Assembly: GCA_028826165.1 (NCBI GenBank)
Contig: JAPDFW010000027.1
Span: 1 to 64,000, forward strand
Direction of reading: 5' to 3'
DNA length: 64,000 nucleotides
Origin: Anaeramoeba ignava BMAN
Taxonomy: Eukaryota; Protista; Anaeramoebae
Below are positions 1 to 13,316 of this stretch, piece after piece (positions within the stretch are counted from its first letter, which is position 1; every line of letters starts with the position of its first letter). Under the pieces are notes generated by a model that was not told the DNA's origin, ran no database searches, and worked only from the letters and a program-made list of their open reading frames with translations. The translations under genes were made by a program, and so were the position numbers.

Positions 1-239
1 GATGAAAATGAGTGAAAGGTAAATTATTAAGGCCAATGAAGATAAATGAATAGTAGACAATTGTAAGCTGAAGGTGATAATGGTGAAGTAGTCGAAATGA
101 ATTGAAGCCAGGTAAATGGGTAAATGAAGGTGAATGAATCGATGTCTAGTATTGGGTGAAATGGTAATTGTGGTGGTGCGTGAAATGAATTAAATGGGTA
201 AATGAATCAAATAGTCAAATGGGTAAATGAAGAATCAAT

Positions 240-625
240 GTCTGGGTAATGAATCAAATGAATTAAATGAATTAAATGAATCAAATGAATAAATGAAAAT
301 GAATGAATTAAATGAAAAAAATGAATCAAATGAATCAAAAATTAAATGAATTAAAATGAATTAAATGAAGAATTAAATGGATTAAATGAATTAAATGAAT
401 TAAATGAATCAAAATGAATTAAATGAAATTAAATGAATCAAATGAATTAAATGAATGAAAATGAAGAATGAAAAGAAAGATAAATTCAAAAATATTCAAA
501 AATGAAAATAAAGAAGAATAAATTGTTAAAATTAAAAAGATCAAAATAAAGATTTAAATTGAGATTTGTCATTTTTAAAAATTAAGAATAACTTTTCTAT
601 AAAATAGAATAGAAAAAAAATTAAA
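240..625 (-). repeat. Left arm of an inverted duplication; probable 5' part of a divergently transcribed paralog of the SBBP gene, running off the window start
   Basis: The reverse complement of 541-620 (tttttttctattctatttt..gaaaagttattcttaatttttaaaaatga..tttaaatctttatttt) matches 1091-1182. The aaatgaatt array at 240-480 is the complement of the aattcattt array at 1380-1590. Confidence 0.7.
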
Positions 626-1087
626 TTAAAAAAGAAAAAGAAATAAAAAGAAAAAAAAATTTTTCTTTTAAAAGAAATATTTTATTATTTTTTTATTGAT
701 AATTTGATCGAAGAAAAAATATGTGGTTTCTTCTAATTATTTTTAAATTTATTTTTCTTCTATTTAAATTTATTTTTAAATTTTTTTTATTTTTGAATTT
801 TGGAACTTTTATTAAAAATCAAACTGGAAAAATCAATAATTCAAAAATAAAAGATAATTTGATTTTTATTTTGATTAAAAATTAAAAATTTAAAATAATG
901 AAATAAAAATCAAAATAAATTTTAAAAATTTTTGATCATTTTTAAAAATCCAGTTCAATTTCTAATAAAAAGTTTAATTCCAAATTTTAAAATTCAAAAA
1001 TAATAAAAGAAAATAATAATTTTTAAAATGAAATTTTTAAAAAGAAATTAAAAATAATCAAACAAAAATTTTTTATTTTAAAAACTA

Positions 1088-1590
1088 TTTTTTTTCTTCT
1101 ATTCTATTTTGAATCTAATATTAAAGGAAAAGTTATTCTCAATTTTTAAAAATGAAAAATTTTATTTTAAATCTTTATTTTTTATTTTTAAATTTTTAAT
1201 TTTTTGAATTTATTTTCTTTTGAATATTTTTGAAAATTTATTCTCAATTTTTTCTTTTCTTCATTAAATTCATTTAAATCTTCATTTAATTTTTTAATTT
1301 AACAATTTTTATTCTTCTTTTTCTTCATTTCATTTTGAATATTTTTAATTTATCTTTAATTCTTCATTTCTTCACCGTTCATTTGATTCATTTAATTCAT
1401 TTTTGATTCATTTAATTCTTTTTAATTTTAATTTAATTCATTTAATTCTTCATTTAATTCTTCATTTTAATTCATTTGATTCTTCATTTAATTCATTTAA
1501 TTCATTTTTAATTCTTCATTTAATTCATTTAATTATTTAATTCTTCATTTGATTCATTTAATTCATTTTAATTCATTTGATTCATTTAAT
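1088..1590 (+). repeat. Right arm of the inverted duplication, including an (AATTCATTT)n-type satellite
   Basis: Complementary to 240-625. Confidence 0.7.
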
Positions 1591-1899
1591 TTGTAAGAAT
1601 TTGTTCAAATTTGATTTTAATTTTAATTTTTCACTTTATTAATTTTTCATTTTTGATTAAATTAAAGAAAATTAAAAACAAATTCAATCATCAAATCATT
1701 CTCAAAAATTAGAAAATCAAAAATAAAAAGAATTATCAACAATAATAATTCAAAATGAAGGAAATTTACCAAAAAGAAATAAAAATATCAAGCAATTATG
1801 TTTGGAAGAGGAATGTTTTTACAAATCAAAAATTATATTTGATATGAATAATGGAATTATTGAAATGAATCTTCAAAATTCTTTTCTTTACAAAATTTA

Positions 1900-4764
1900 A
1901 AATCTTTTAATATTTCTTCAACAAAAGCAAACATTTTCAAAAGGAATAAATAACCAAAACTATCAAACTGGATTACAAACTTATTCAGAAATTATTTATT
2001 CAAATGTTTATCCAAATATTGATCTTCATTTCTTCATTTCAAATTCAAATAATTTAAAAAGTAAATTTGTTATCAAAAAATCCATTTGATTTTCAAAATA
2101 TCATTTGAATTATTCATTTTTTCTCAAAATCAAAATCAACATCATCAACATCAACATCAAAATCAACATCAACATCAAAATCAACATCAAAATTTCAACA
2201 TCAATATCAATATCAATCCAAAATCAAAATCAAAATCAAAATCAAAAATCAAAAATCAAAATCAAAAAATCAAAATCAAATTCAAATTCAAATTCAAAAA
2301 TCCAAAATCAAAATCAAAATCAAAAATCAAATCAAAATCAAAATCAAAATTCAAATTCAAAATCAAAATCAAAATCAAATTCCAAAATGAAAATCAAAAT
2401 CAAAATCAAAATCAAAAAAATCAAAAATCAAAATCAAAATCAAAATCAAAAATCAAATTCAAAATCAAAATGAAAAGATAAAAAGAAAAAGAATTTAAAA
2501 TTGAAGTTAAAAATGGAGAAATGTATCTTAAAAATGAAAGAAATGAAATAATTTTGATTGAATCTCAACCAATATTTTATCAAAAATATTTATTCATTTG
2601 CAAATTTTTGATATTCATAAATCAAAAATTCAAATCAATTTGAAATCAAATATCAAATTAATTTTGATGAAATAAATCCAAAAGAAATATTAATAATTGA
2701 TCCAGAATATTCAACTTATATTGGAAAAAATCATCAGATATTGGAATAAAAGCAATAAGTTATTTAAATGGAAAATCAATTATTACAGGATATACAAATA
2801 GTATTGATTTCCCAATAACTGATGGTTCTTATAATCAATCAACAAATATTCAAGGAAATTTTGATATTTTTGTTTTAAAAATGAATGAATTTGGAAATGA
2901 AACTGAATGGTCTATTGTATTTGGAACAAGTTTAAATGAATATCCATCTGATATTCAATTAGATTCACAAGGAAATCCAATAATTACTGGTTATACTGAA
3001 AAATCATTCAAAAATAATGCAAGTGATGAAGATATTTTCCCAACATCAATAAATGCATACAAAAAAGAATGTACAAGTCAACAAGAATCAGGATTCGTTA
3101 CTAAATTTAATTCAAGTGGAGAATCAATTATTTGGTCTACTTTATTATGTGGTGAAAGTGCTGTTCATTCAAATGGAATTGAACTTGATTCAAATGATAA
3201 TATATTTATTATTGGTCAAACAAATGGTTATTTTCCTGAAGAAAATCAAACAAAATGTGATTTCAAAGGCTTTTATGATGGATTTATTTGTGAATTAAAA
3301 AATAATGGAGAAGAATTAATTGAAACAAGATGTTTTGGAGGAATTTATGATGATATTCCAATGAGTCTTAAATATTATGAAGAAAAAGAATATATAGCAA
3401 TTACTGGATATACAAAATCACAAGATTTTCCAACAAATTCAACAGTAATTCAACCAATTTTTTCAGGAAGTACTTCGTATTCAAATTGTTTTATAATGAA
3501 AATTAATTCAAACAATTTAGAAATTGAATGGTCAACATTTCTTGGAGATATTTCAAATGATTATTGTTATTCAATTGATATTGATAAAACTAATAATACA
3601 ATTTGGGTTGGAGGTGAAACAAGTTCGTTTTATTTCCCAACTACACCTGATGCATATCAAAAAGAATTAAGTGGATTAATAAATGGAATATTTTTTAGAA
3701 TTAATGAATATGGAAATAGTTTACTTTACTCATCATTTTATGTAGCTCAAATTGGAAAATTTAGTCAAATAAATTCATTAAAAATTGATACATTAGAAAG
3801 AATTATAATTTCAGGAAGTGGAACATTACCTGATTTAGAAAATATAATTTATAATTTTGGAATAGGAGGATTTTTTGTAATTTTTGATAAATTTGGAAAA
3901 GAAAATTTGGGAAATGTAAGTATTGGAGGAATTATTAATCAAATATATGTTGATGAAGAAAACAATCCAATAATAACTGGATATTCAATAAATTCATTAA
4001 TTACAACAAATGGAAGTTATCAAGAAGAAAGTGGAGGAAATAAAGATTGTATTTTAATTAGAATAAAAAATTGTCAAGCAGGATATTCAGGAATAAGTTG
4101 GAGTGAATGTATCGAATGTTTAGCTGGTACATATTCAACAGGAGGAAGTAATGAATGTTTAGAATGTAATTATGGAGAATATTCAGAACAAAATGGTTCA
4201 AGTTCATGTTCTAAATGTTTATCAGGAACATTTAATAACAAAACAGGGCAAAATTCAAGTGAATCATGTATTCCATGTTTATCAGGATATTATTCAAATG
4301 AAGGATGGAAATATTGTTTAGAATGTTTTGAAGGAACTATTTCAAATGAAAATAAAAGTGAATGTATTTCATGTTATAATGGAAGTTATTCAAATGAAAA
4401 TCACACAGAATGTATAAATTGTTCAGCAGGATATTATTCAAATGAAAATCACACAGGATGTATTTCATGTTCATCAGGATATTATTCAAATGAAGGATCA
4501 GGAGAATGTATTGGATGTCCAGCAGGAACATATAATCCAAAAACAACACAAACAAGTGAAGAATGTTGTATTGAATGTGAAGATGGAAAATTTAATCCAT
4601 TTATTGGAAAAAGTTATTGTGAATATTGTGAACCAGGAACTCATCCAAATGAAGATAAAACACAATGTCTTGAAAATCCACCAATTTCTTCTTCTTTCAT
4701 TCTTCTTTCTTCTTTTCCATTCTTTTTCTTTTCTTTTTCCAAAAACAATTTAATTTCATTTTGA
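1900..4764 (+). CDS. SBBP beta-propeller repeat cell-surface protein with C-terminal Cys-rich (GCC2/GCC3, ephrin-receptor-like) repeats; 5' part frameshifted, start uncertain
   Basis: ORF 2881-4764 has SBBP-type repeats (IITGYT..FPT, WSTFLG, YSSFY) followed by CxxCxxGxYS repeats and a hydrophobic tail. Upstream frameshifted fragments IIYSNVYPNIDLHFF (about 1991-2035) and EILIIDPEYSTYIG (about 2683-2724) match the typical N-terminal domain of bacterial SBBP proteins. Confidence 0.75.
2125..2475 (+). repeat. (AAAATC/AACATC)n microsatellite inside the SBBP locus
   Basis: Direct hexamer repeats; source of the spurious ORFs at 2086 and 2105. Confidence 0.9.
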
Positions 4765-5092
4765 AGATTTTTCTTTTTCATTTTTTCTTTTGAACCAGGA
4801 AATCATCCAAATGATTTTTTTCTTCTTCTTTCATTCTTCTTTCTTCTTTTCCATTCTTTTTTCTTTTCTTTTTCTTTTAATCCAATTTAATTTCTTTTTC
4901 TTTTTCTTTTTCTTTTCTTTTTCACTCAATAAAAGAAAAAGTGGAACAAAAAAAAATTATTTTTTCTTTTTAAAAAAAAAATTTTAAATTGAAAAAAAAT
5001 TTAAAAAAATTAGTTTTCAAAAATTTCATTTTTTTTCTTTTTCTTTTTTTTTTTCTTTCTTTTTTTTTTAATTTCGAATTAATTAATTTAAA

Positions 5093-8000
5093 ATGAAAAA
5101 AGAAACACAAACATCAAGACTTCAACTTTTTTTTGTGAAAAACAGCGATGGTTTTATGAACATTGTTTTTGTATTATCATTAATATGGTTTACAGCAACA
5201 TTTTTTCAATGTGCAGTTTTTAGCGGAAGAGTATATTGCTCAGATTATACTTGTGATGTACCAGTTAAAGCTCCATTTTCACAATTAACACTCATAATAG
5301 TTGGTATGAATTTATCTTCTTTTTTTCTCACTTAATTTTTTCATTCAAATTTTTTAATTCGAAATTATTATTTTTTCAATTATTATTTTTTTAGGCGTTT
5401 GCTTTTATGTTGTTATTTTAATTATTTGTTTAATTGCTTTATTCTCTCCTGGTTATTGGCATCCAAATCCCAAACAGTAATTTTATTTTTCTTGTTTTGA
5501 TAATTGATATTTTTTTTTCAAAAAGACTTTTAAATAATTATTTTTTTTTTATTTTTTTTTCAATCATTTTATTGATGATTTTGTGATCTGAAAAATTTTT
5601 ATTGATAAAAAGAAAAATAATTATTTAAAAAATGTTATTGAAATTTTTCTTCTTTTCTCTTTTAAAAAGAGATTAATTACAAAAAAAAATAATTTTATTA
5701 TTTAAAAATTTATTTAAAAAAAATAAAAACAAAAAGATCAAAAGCATATGCAATGATTGTATTAACATTTCTACCTGTTTCTGGGATTCAATTAATAGTT
5801 CCTGAAGTTCATCGGTAAAAAAAATATTAAATATAGATTTAAAAGAAAAGGAAAAAAAAATTAAAAGGAATTGATTTGAAATTATTTTTTTTTTGAAATC
5901 ATGAATTAAATTATTCGAAAAAAAGAGGGTATGTTTTTACTTATTATACAGGAAATCGATATTCGATAGAAATTACACAATTATCAGGAAATTCAGCAAG
6001 AATGAATGTATCAAACTATTATTCTTCTTATGTTGATGGAATGGATGCAATGGTTGCTGTTTTTGAAGCTACTGGTGATGAAGAAGGCGTTTTCCAGCTT
6101 TCTACAGTAGCTAAAGAGATTTATAGAGATAAAGATAAAGGTCAGTATTTTAAAGTCGATTCTTCTATAGGTGATATTATTCGTGATATAAGTCATTTAG
6201 AAGATGGTAAATATTATATGTGGACTGTTCTTCCAGCAAAAATTGTAATTTTTATATAAAATTAAACAGAAAATTATTTATAAAATTATTTATAAAATTA
6301 AATATAAAATTATTTATAAAATTATTTATAAAATTATTAATAAAATTATTTATAAAATTATTTATAAAATTATATTATAAAATTATTTATAAAATTATTT
6401 ATTAAATTATTTATAAAATTAAATATTAAATTATTTATAAAATTATTTATAAAATTAAAATATTAAATTATATAAAATTATTTATAAAATTAAATATAAA
6501 ATTATTAATAAAATTATTTATAAAATTAAATATAAAATTATTTAAAAATTATTTATAAAATTATTTTAAAAAATTATTTATAAAATTATTTATAAAATTA
6601 TTTATAAAAATTATTTATAAAATTATTTATAAAATTATTTATAAAATTATTTATAAAATTATATAAAAAATATAAAAATTAATTTTAAATTTATAAAATT
6701 ATTTATAAAATTAATTATAAAATTAATTATAAAATTAAATATAAAATTATTTATAAAATTATTTATAAAATTATTTTATAAAATTATTTATAAAATTATT
6801 TATAAAATTATTTATAAAATTATTTATAAAATTATTTATAAAATTATTTATAAAATTATTATATAAAATTAATTATTAAATTAATTATAAAATTAAAATT
6901 AATAAAATTATTTATAAAATTATTTATAAAAATTAAATATAAAATTAAATATAAAATTAATTTATAAAATTAAATATAAAATTAAATATAAAATTATTTA
7001 TAAAATTAATTATAAAATTATTTATAAAATTATTTATAAAATTAAATATAAAATTATTTATAAAATTATTTATAAAATTATTTATAAAAATTATTTATAA
7101 AATTAAATTATAAAATTATTTATAAAATTATTTATAAAATTATTTATAAAATTATTTATTAAATTATTTATAAAATTAATTATAAAATTATTTATAAAAA
7201 AATAAAAATATAAAAATAAATATAATTAAATATAAAATTATTTATAAAGTTAATTAAAAATAAATAAAATTAATTATAAAATATAAATTTAAATAAAATT
7301 ATTAATAAAATTAAATATAAAATAAATATAAAATTATTTTATAAAATTATATATAAAATTATTTATAAAATTATTTATAAAAAATTATTTATAAAATTAT
7401 TTATTAAATTATTTATATTCAAAATTATTTATAAAATTAAATATAAAATTATTTATAAAATTATTTATAAAATTAAAATTATATAAAATTATTTATAAAA
7501 TTATTTATAAAATTAAAATAAAATTATTTAAAATTAAATATAAAATTAAATATAAAATTATTTATAAAATTAAATATAAAATTATATAAAATTATTTATA
7601 AAATTATTTATAAAATTATTTATAAAATTAATTATAAAATTAAATATAAAATTATTTATAAAATTATTTTTATAAAATTAAATATAAAAAAAAATATAAA
7701 ATTAATTATAAAATTATTTATAAAAATAAAATTATTTATAAAATTATTTATTAAATTATTTATAAAATTATTAATAAAATTAAATATAAAATTATTTATA
7801 AAATTAAATATAAAATTATTTATAAAATTATTTATAAAATTAATTATAAAATTAATTTATAAAAATTTATAAAAATTTATAAAATTAAGTATTTATAAAA
7901 TTAAATATAAAAATTATTTATAAAATTAAATTAAAAATTATTTATAAAATTATTTATAAAATTATTTATAAAATTAAATATAAAATTAAACATAAAATTA

Positions 8001-9818
8001 TTTATAAAATTATTTATAAAAATTATTTATAAAATTATTTATAAAATTATTTATAAAATTAATTATAAAATTATTTATAAAATTAAATATAAAATTATTT
8101 ATAAAATTAAATTAAATATAAAATTATTTATAAAATTATTTATAAAATTAAATATAAAATTATTTATTTAAATTATTTATAAAATTATTTATAAAATTAT
8201 TTATAAAATTATTTATAGAAATTATTTATAAAATTATTTATAAAATTATTTATAAAATTAAATTAAAATTAATTATAAAATTATTTATAAAATTAAATAT
8301 AAAATTATTTATAAAATTAAATATAAAAATTATAAAATTATTTTATAAAATTATATATAAAAATATATATATTTTATAAAATTAATTATAAAATTATTTA
8401 TAAAAAAATTAAAATATAAAATTAATTATAAAATTAATTATAAAATTATTTATAAAATTATTTATAAAATTATTTTATATAAAATTATTTATAAAATTAT
8501 TTATAGTACATAAAATTATTTATAAAATTATTTATAAAATTTTATAAAATTATTTTATAAAATTATTTATAAAATTATTTATAAAATTAATTATAAAATT
8601 AAATATAAAATTAAATATAAAATTATTTATTAAATTATTTATATAAAAATTATTATAAATTATTTATAAAATTATTTATAAAATTAATTATAAAATTATT
8701 TTATTAAATTATTTATAAAATTATTAATAAAATTATTTATAAAATTATTTATTAAATTATTTTATAAAATTATTTATAAAAATTAAATATAAAATTATTT
8801 ATAAAATTATTTATAAAATTATTTATAAAATTAAATATAAAATTATTTATAAAATCATTTATAAAATTAATTATAAAATTATTTATAAAATTAATTATAA
8901 AATTATTTATAAAATTATTTATAAAATTATTTATAAAATTAAATATAAAATTATTTATAAAATTATTTATAAAATTATTTATAAAATTATTTATAAAATT
9001 ATTTATAAAATTATTTATAAAATTATTTATAAAATTATTTATAAAATTAATTATAAAATTAATTATAAAATTAAATATAAAATTAATTATAAAATTATTT
9101 ATAAAATTATTTATAAAATTATTTTATAAAATTATATATAAAATTATTTATAAAATTATTTATAAAATTATTTATAAAATTATTTATAAAATTAATTATA
9201 AAATTAATTATAAAATTATTTATAAAATTATTTATAAAATTATTTATAAAATTAAATATAAAATTAAATATAAAATTATTTATAAAAATTAAATATAAAA
9301 ATTATTTATAAAATTAAATATAAAATTATTTATAAAATTAAATATAAAATTATTTATAAAATTAAATATAAAATTATTTATAAAATTAAATATAAAATTA
9401 TTTATAAAATTAAATATAAAATTAATTATAAAATTATTTATAAAATTATTTATAAAATTATTTATAAAATTAAATATAAAATTATATATAAAATTAAAAT
9501 ATAAAATTATATATAAAATTAATTATAAAATTAAATTATAAAATTAAATATAAAATTATTTATTAAATTATTTATAAAATTATTTATAAAATTAAATATA
9601 AAATATAAAATTAAATTATAAAATTAAATATAAAATTATATATAAATTTTTAGATTTCGGATAAATCTTATGTTGCTGATCTTCCTTGGTCTGGATCTAA
9701 ATATTCTTATACTTTCTCAAATCTAAAAAAAATTACAGGAGGATTTCTTGACAGAAGAGCATATCGTTTATGCAAATGGCATTCTAGTTATGGTTGTTCT
9801 GATTCAATTCATTCTTAA
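5093..9818 (+). CDS. Uncharacterised protein of about 284 aa with roughly 3 N-terminal hydrophobic segments and a soluble C-terminal domain; exons 5093-5303, 5395-5476, 5737-5814, 5926-6244, 9654-9818
   Basis: All four GT-AG junctions join in phase to give one ORF ending at TAA 9816-9818. No family recognised. Confidence 0.75.
6253..9645 (+). repeat. Intronic 12-mer satellite (ATAAAATTATTT)n of about 3.4 kb filling intron 6245-9653
   Basis: Near-pure A/T tandem array with variants ATAAAATTAAAT, ATAAAATTAATT and ATAAAATTATAT. Confidence 0.95.
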
Positions 9819-10139
9819 TTTGTTAGGGAAAATATTCCATTTTTTTTCTTTTTTCTTTTTCTTTCATTGAATTCATTTGTTTTCCCTTTTCTATTTGCTA
9901 AATGTTTTTTTTTCTTTTCTTTTTCTTTTTTTTTTAAATTTTTTTTTTTTAATCGAATGGATAATTTAAAATAGGATTATAAAATCAAAAAAAAAATTAA
10001 ATCAAAATCAAAATCAAATTTTTTATTTAATTTTATTTAAATTTATTATTTAATCTTATTTAAAATTTTTTCTTTTAAATTAAATTTGAATTGATCAAAA
10101 AAAAATATCAAAAATGGAAAATGAAAAAACTGTCAAAAA

Positions 10140-13034
10140 TTATTTTTGATTTTCTTTATCTTTATCTTTATCTTTTTGAAGTAAATTATTTTGTCCAGTC
10201 TCATTTGAATCACTTTGCATACTTGTAACAACATCTTCCCAATCTGAAGTAGTTGAAGGAGAAAGTTTTTCAGTACTATCATTTGAATAATTTTCAAAAT
10301 CTTGAGTTTGAATATCTGGAGATTGTGTATCATCAGTAAAAAGACGAACCAAATTTGGAATTCTTTTTTCTTTTTGATTATTATTATTATTGTTATTATT
10401 GTTATTGTTGTTATTGTTATTATTATTATTATTATCGCTTTTATCTTCATCTTGGTTATCAAGTGATAAACTGTTGTCATCTGAATGTAATTCTATTGAT
10501 CTTAAATTGAAAAGTTTTGCTTTTTCTTGATTTAATGAAAGATGATGTGAATTTTTATAACCAAGAGTCATTGCTCTTGTCATTGGAGAATAAGTTGAAT
10601 AAGTCGAACGAAGAGACTTGCTTTCTTGTTGAGGAACTTCAGATCTATATGGATGAGTTCCTTTGCTCCAACTTAGTTGATCGATTTTTTTGCGCATTTC
10701 TTGACTTGTTAATTGTTTTCTTAATGGTTTTAATTTTTCATCCATTGCTGATTTTCCATCAGTTGATGATTTTGGTTTTGGTTTTATTTTTGTTTTTGTT
10801 TTTGTTTGATTAATCATTTTAGCTCTTTTTTTTGCTCCAATAAGTGATATTCTGTTTAGGTTAACTCCAGGATGATTTAATAATTCTGTGTATTGATTTC
10901 TCATTTGAAGGAATTTCCGTTTTTCTTCTGGATTCATTTTCTCTTTTATTTTTTGTTCTTTTATTGTTTCAAAAAGTTGAATTAAACGATATTCATTTAG
11001 TGAAAGATCTCGAACGAAATGTTTGATTATCCATTGATCAATATCACTTGATTTAATTTGATTTAATTTAATTTTAATTTAAATTTTAATTTTAATTTTG
11101 ATTTAATTTGATTTAATTTAAATTTAAATTTAATTTAATTTGATTTGATTTAATTTAAATTTAAATTTAATTTGATTTGATTTAATTTGATTTGATTTAA
11201 TTTAAATTTAATTTGATTTAATTTTATACTGCCATAAATGAGACCAACCAGATAAACCACTTGTACCAGAAACAATTAAACAAAAAGCTTCTTGAATAAA
11301 AGGATAAATTTTCCTAAAAATTGAGATTGAAATTTTATCAATCTTTGTAGCTCTTTTAATATGAAACCAACGCAAAATATGACGAATCAAACCACCCAGA
11401 ATAAAAATAGTAACGAAAATAAGAACCAAAGTTGCACTAATCAAAGTATTTTTAGCCTCAATAGAATCCGACAATGTAAAAACAAGAGCAAAAGCAATAG
11501 CACCTCTCAAACCACTAAAAGCCATTACGAATTGGTTTTGGTAAGATATTTTAGAAGAGCGCTTTATATTGTCAAGCCAAGTGAGACCGAAAATGATCAC
11601 AAAGCGATAAATAAGACAGAAAATAATAGTTAAAGCAGTAAAAGAGCCTGAAAATTTATGTTGAAATTTTGAACCGCTATTGAAGAAAAATTGGAACGCA
11701 AAATAAATCCCCAAGTAAACAAAAACAATGGCCTCAGTTGTTGAAGCCAAGGCCTTAATACTTCTTTCCAAAACAAGTGAGACAGTATGTTCGAGATTGA
11801 TTTGAGAATATCTGGAGATGATAATCCCGCAGAAAAGAACCGATACAATTCCACTCAAGCTGAATAATTCTGCCAAAATAAACGATAAAAACCCAAACGA
11901 AATGACAATAATGGGTTCAAAGAGCTTGATTGGGCTTGTGTACTTTGTGACCCAAGTGCACATCAACGCAACAACAACTCCCACTAATGTTCCGCCTATT
12001 GCGACAATGAAAAAACGTGCAATCGCAAGAAATGGGACACCGGCAGTTACTTTTACATTTGTAAGTGATTCAAACAGTTGAAACAGTACAATTGATACTG
12101 CATCGTTAAGTACGGATTCTCCAAACAAAAGCATGTTTAATGTTTCGTTTACGTGTATTGATTCAAATATTGCTAATACTGCTACTGGATCTACTGCTGA
12201 GATTAAAGACCCAAATACTAATAGTTCTATAAATGAAATTTCAAATGAAAATATCTTTCTAAGTCCATAAAGTGATCCTGCAACTAAAAATGTATTGAGT
12301 ACGGTTCCAAGTACTGCATATAAAAGAATTGTTCTAATATTATTAAAAAAATAGTTTTTATCCAGAAAATATCCAGCCTAAATGAAATATTAAATGAAAT
12401 TTTAAATGAAATTTTAATTTTAATTGAAATATTAATTTTAATTTTAATTTTAATTTTAATTTTAATTTTAATTTTAATTTTAATTTTAATTTTTGATCTT
12501 TGATTAAATTAAGTTAATTGTTGTCAAATTTAAACTAAATTGCTTTCATCAAAAATTTATATTTTATTTTTTAAAAAAACTCAAAAAAAAAAAAAGTTTT
12601 TAAATGATGATTGGAAAAAAAAAATTATAATAAAAATCAACTTAAATTCTTTGAAAATGAATTAAAAAATTCTTAAAAAAATTATTAATTAAAAATTTGT
12701 AGAAAGAAAAAAAATTTTTTTTTGAAGATTAATTAAAGAATAATTTAATTTCTTTTCTTACTTCAAAAATTATTGGAGGAATAAGAATTAAAAAAAATAA
12801 ATTTGTGCTAAATCCAAATATTAAATGCTCAGAAAGTCCAAATCCTAATCCAGTAACTCCAAGAATAACTCCTAATAAAACTATAATTGCACTTTCTGGT
12901 AAAATTTTAATTGAATATTTAACAACTAACATTCTAATAAGAATAAGAATAAAAAGTGCAAAAAATCCTAATATCAAAAATTCGATTGTTGAATTAAAAT
13001 GAACAAAAATAACTCGGAATTTATCTTCTGACAT
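10140..13034 (-). CDS. NHE: Na+/H+ exchanger (CPA1/SLC9A NHE family); exons 13034-12762, 12377-11230, 11046-10140
   Basis: Motifs LIPPIIFEAGY, FGSLISAVDPVAVLAIFE, FGESVLNDAV and SGLRGAIAFAL; in-phase GT-AG junctions; low-complexity C-terminal tail with poly-N. Confidence 0.93.
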
Positions 13035-13316
13035 TTTAAAAAAAATATTTTTTTTGATTAAATTAATTGATTTAAAAATTTGGAAGAGAGAAAAAAAATG
13101 AAAAAAATGAAAATTAAAAAAAAAAAGAAAAAGAAAAAGAAAAGAAAAAGAAAAGTTAATTTTTAAAAGAAAACTGCATCTCTTGATTGATTTTTTTTTT
13201 CGATTACTAAAAAAACGAAACTAAGAAAATTAATTTTGATTTTGGTTCTTTTTGATTAATTGATATATTTTTTTGGATATATAAATGAAAGGAGTAAAAG
13301 AATTGAAAAAATCAAA

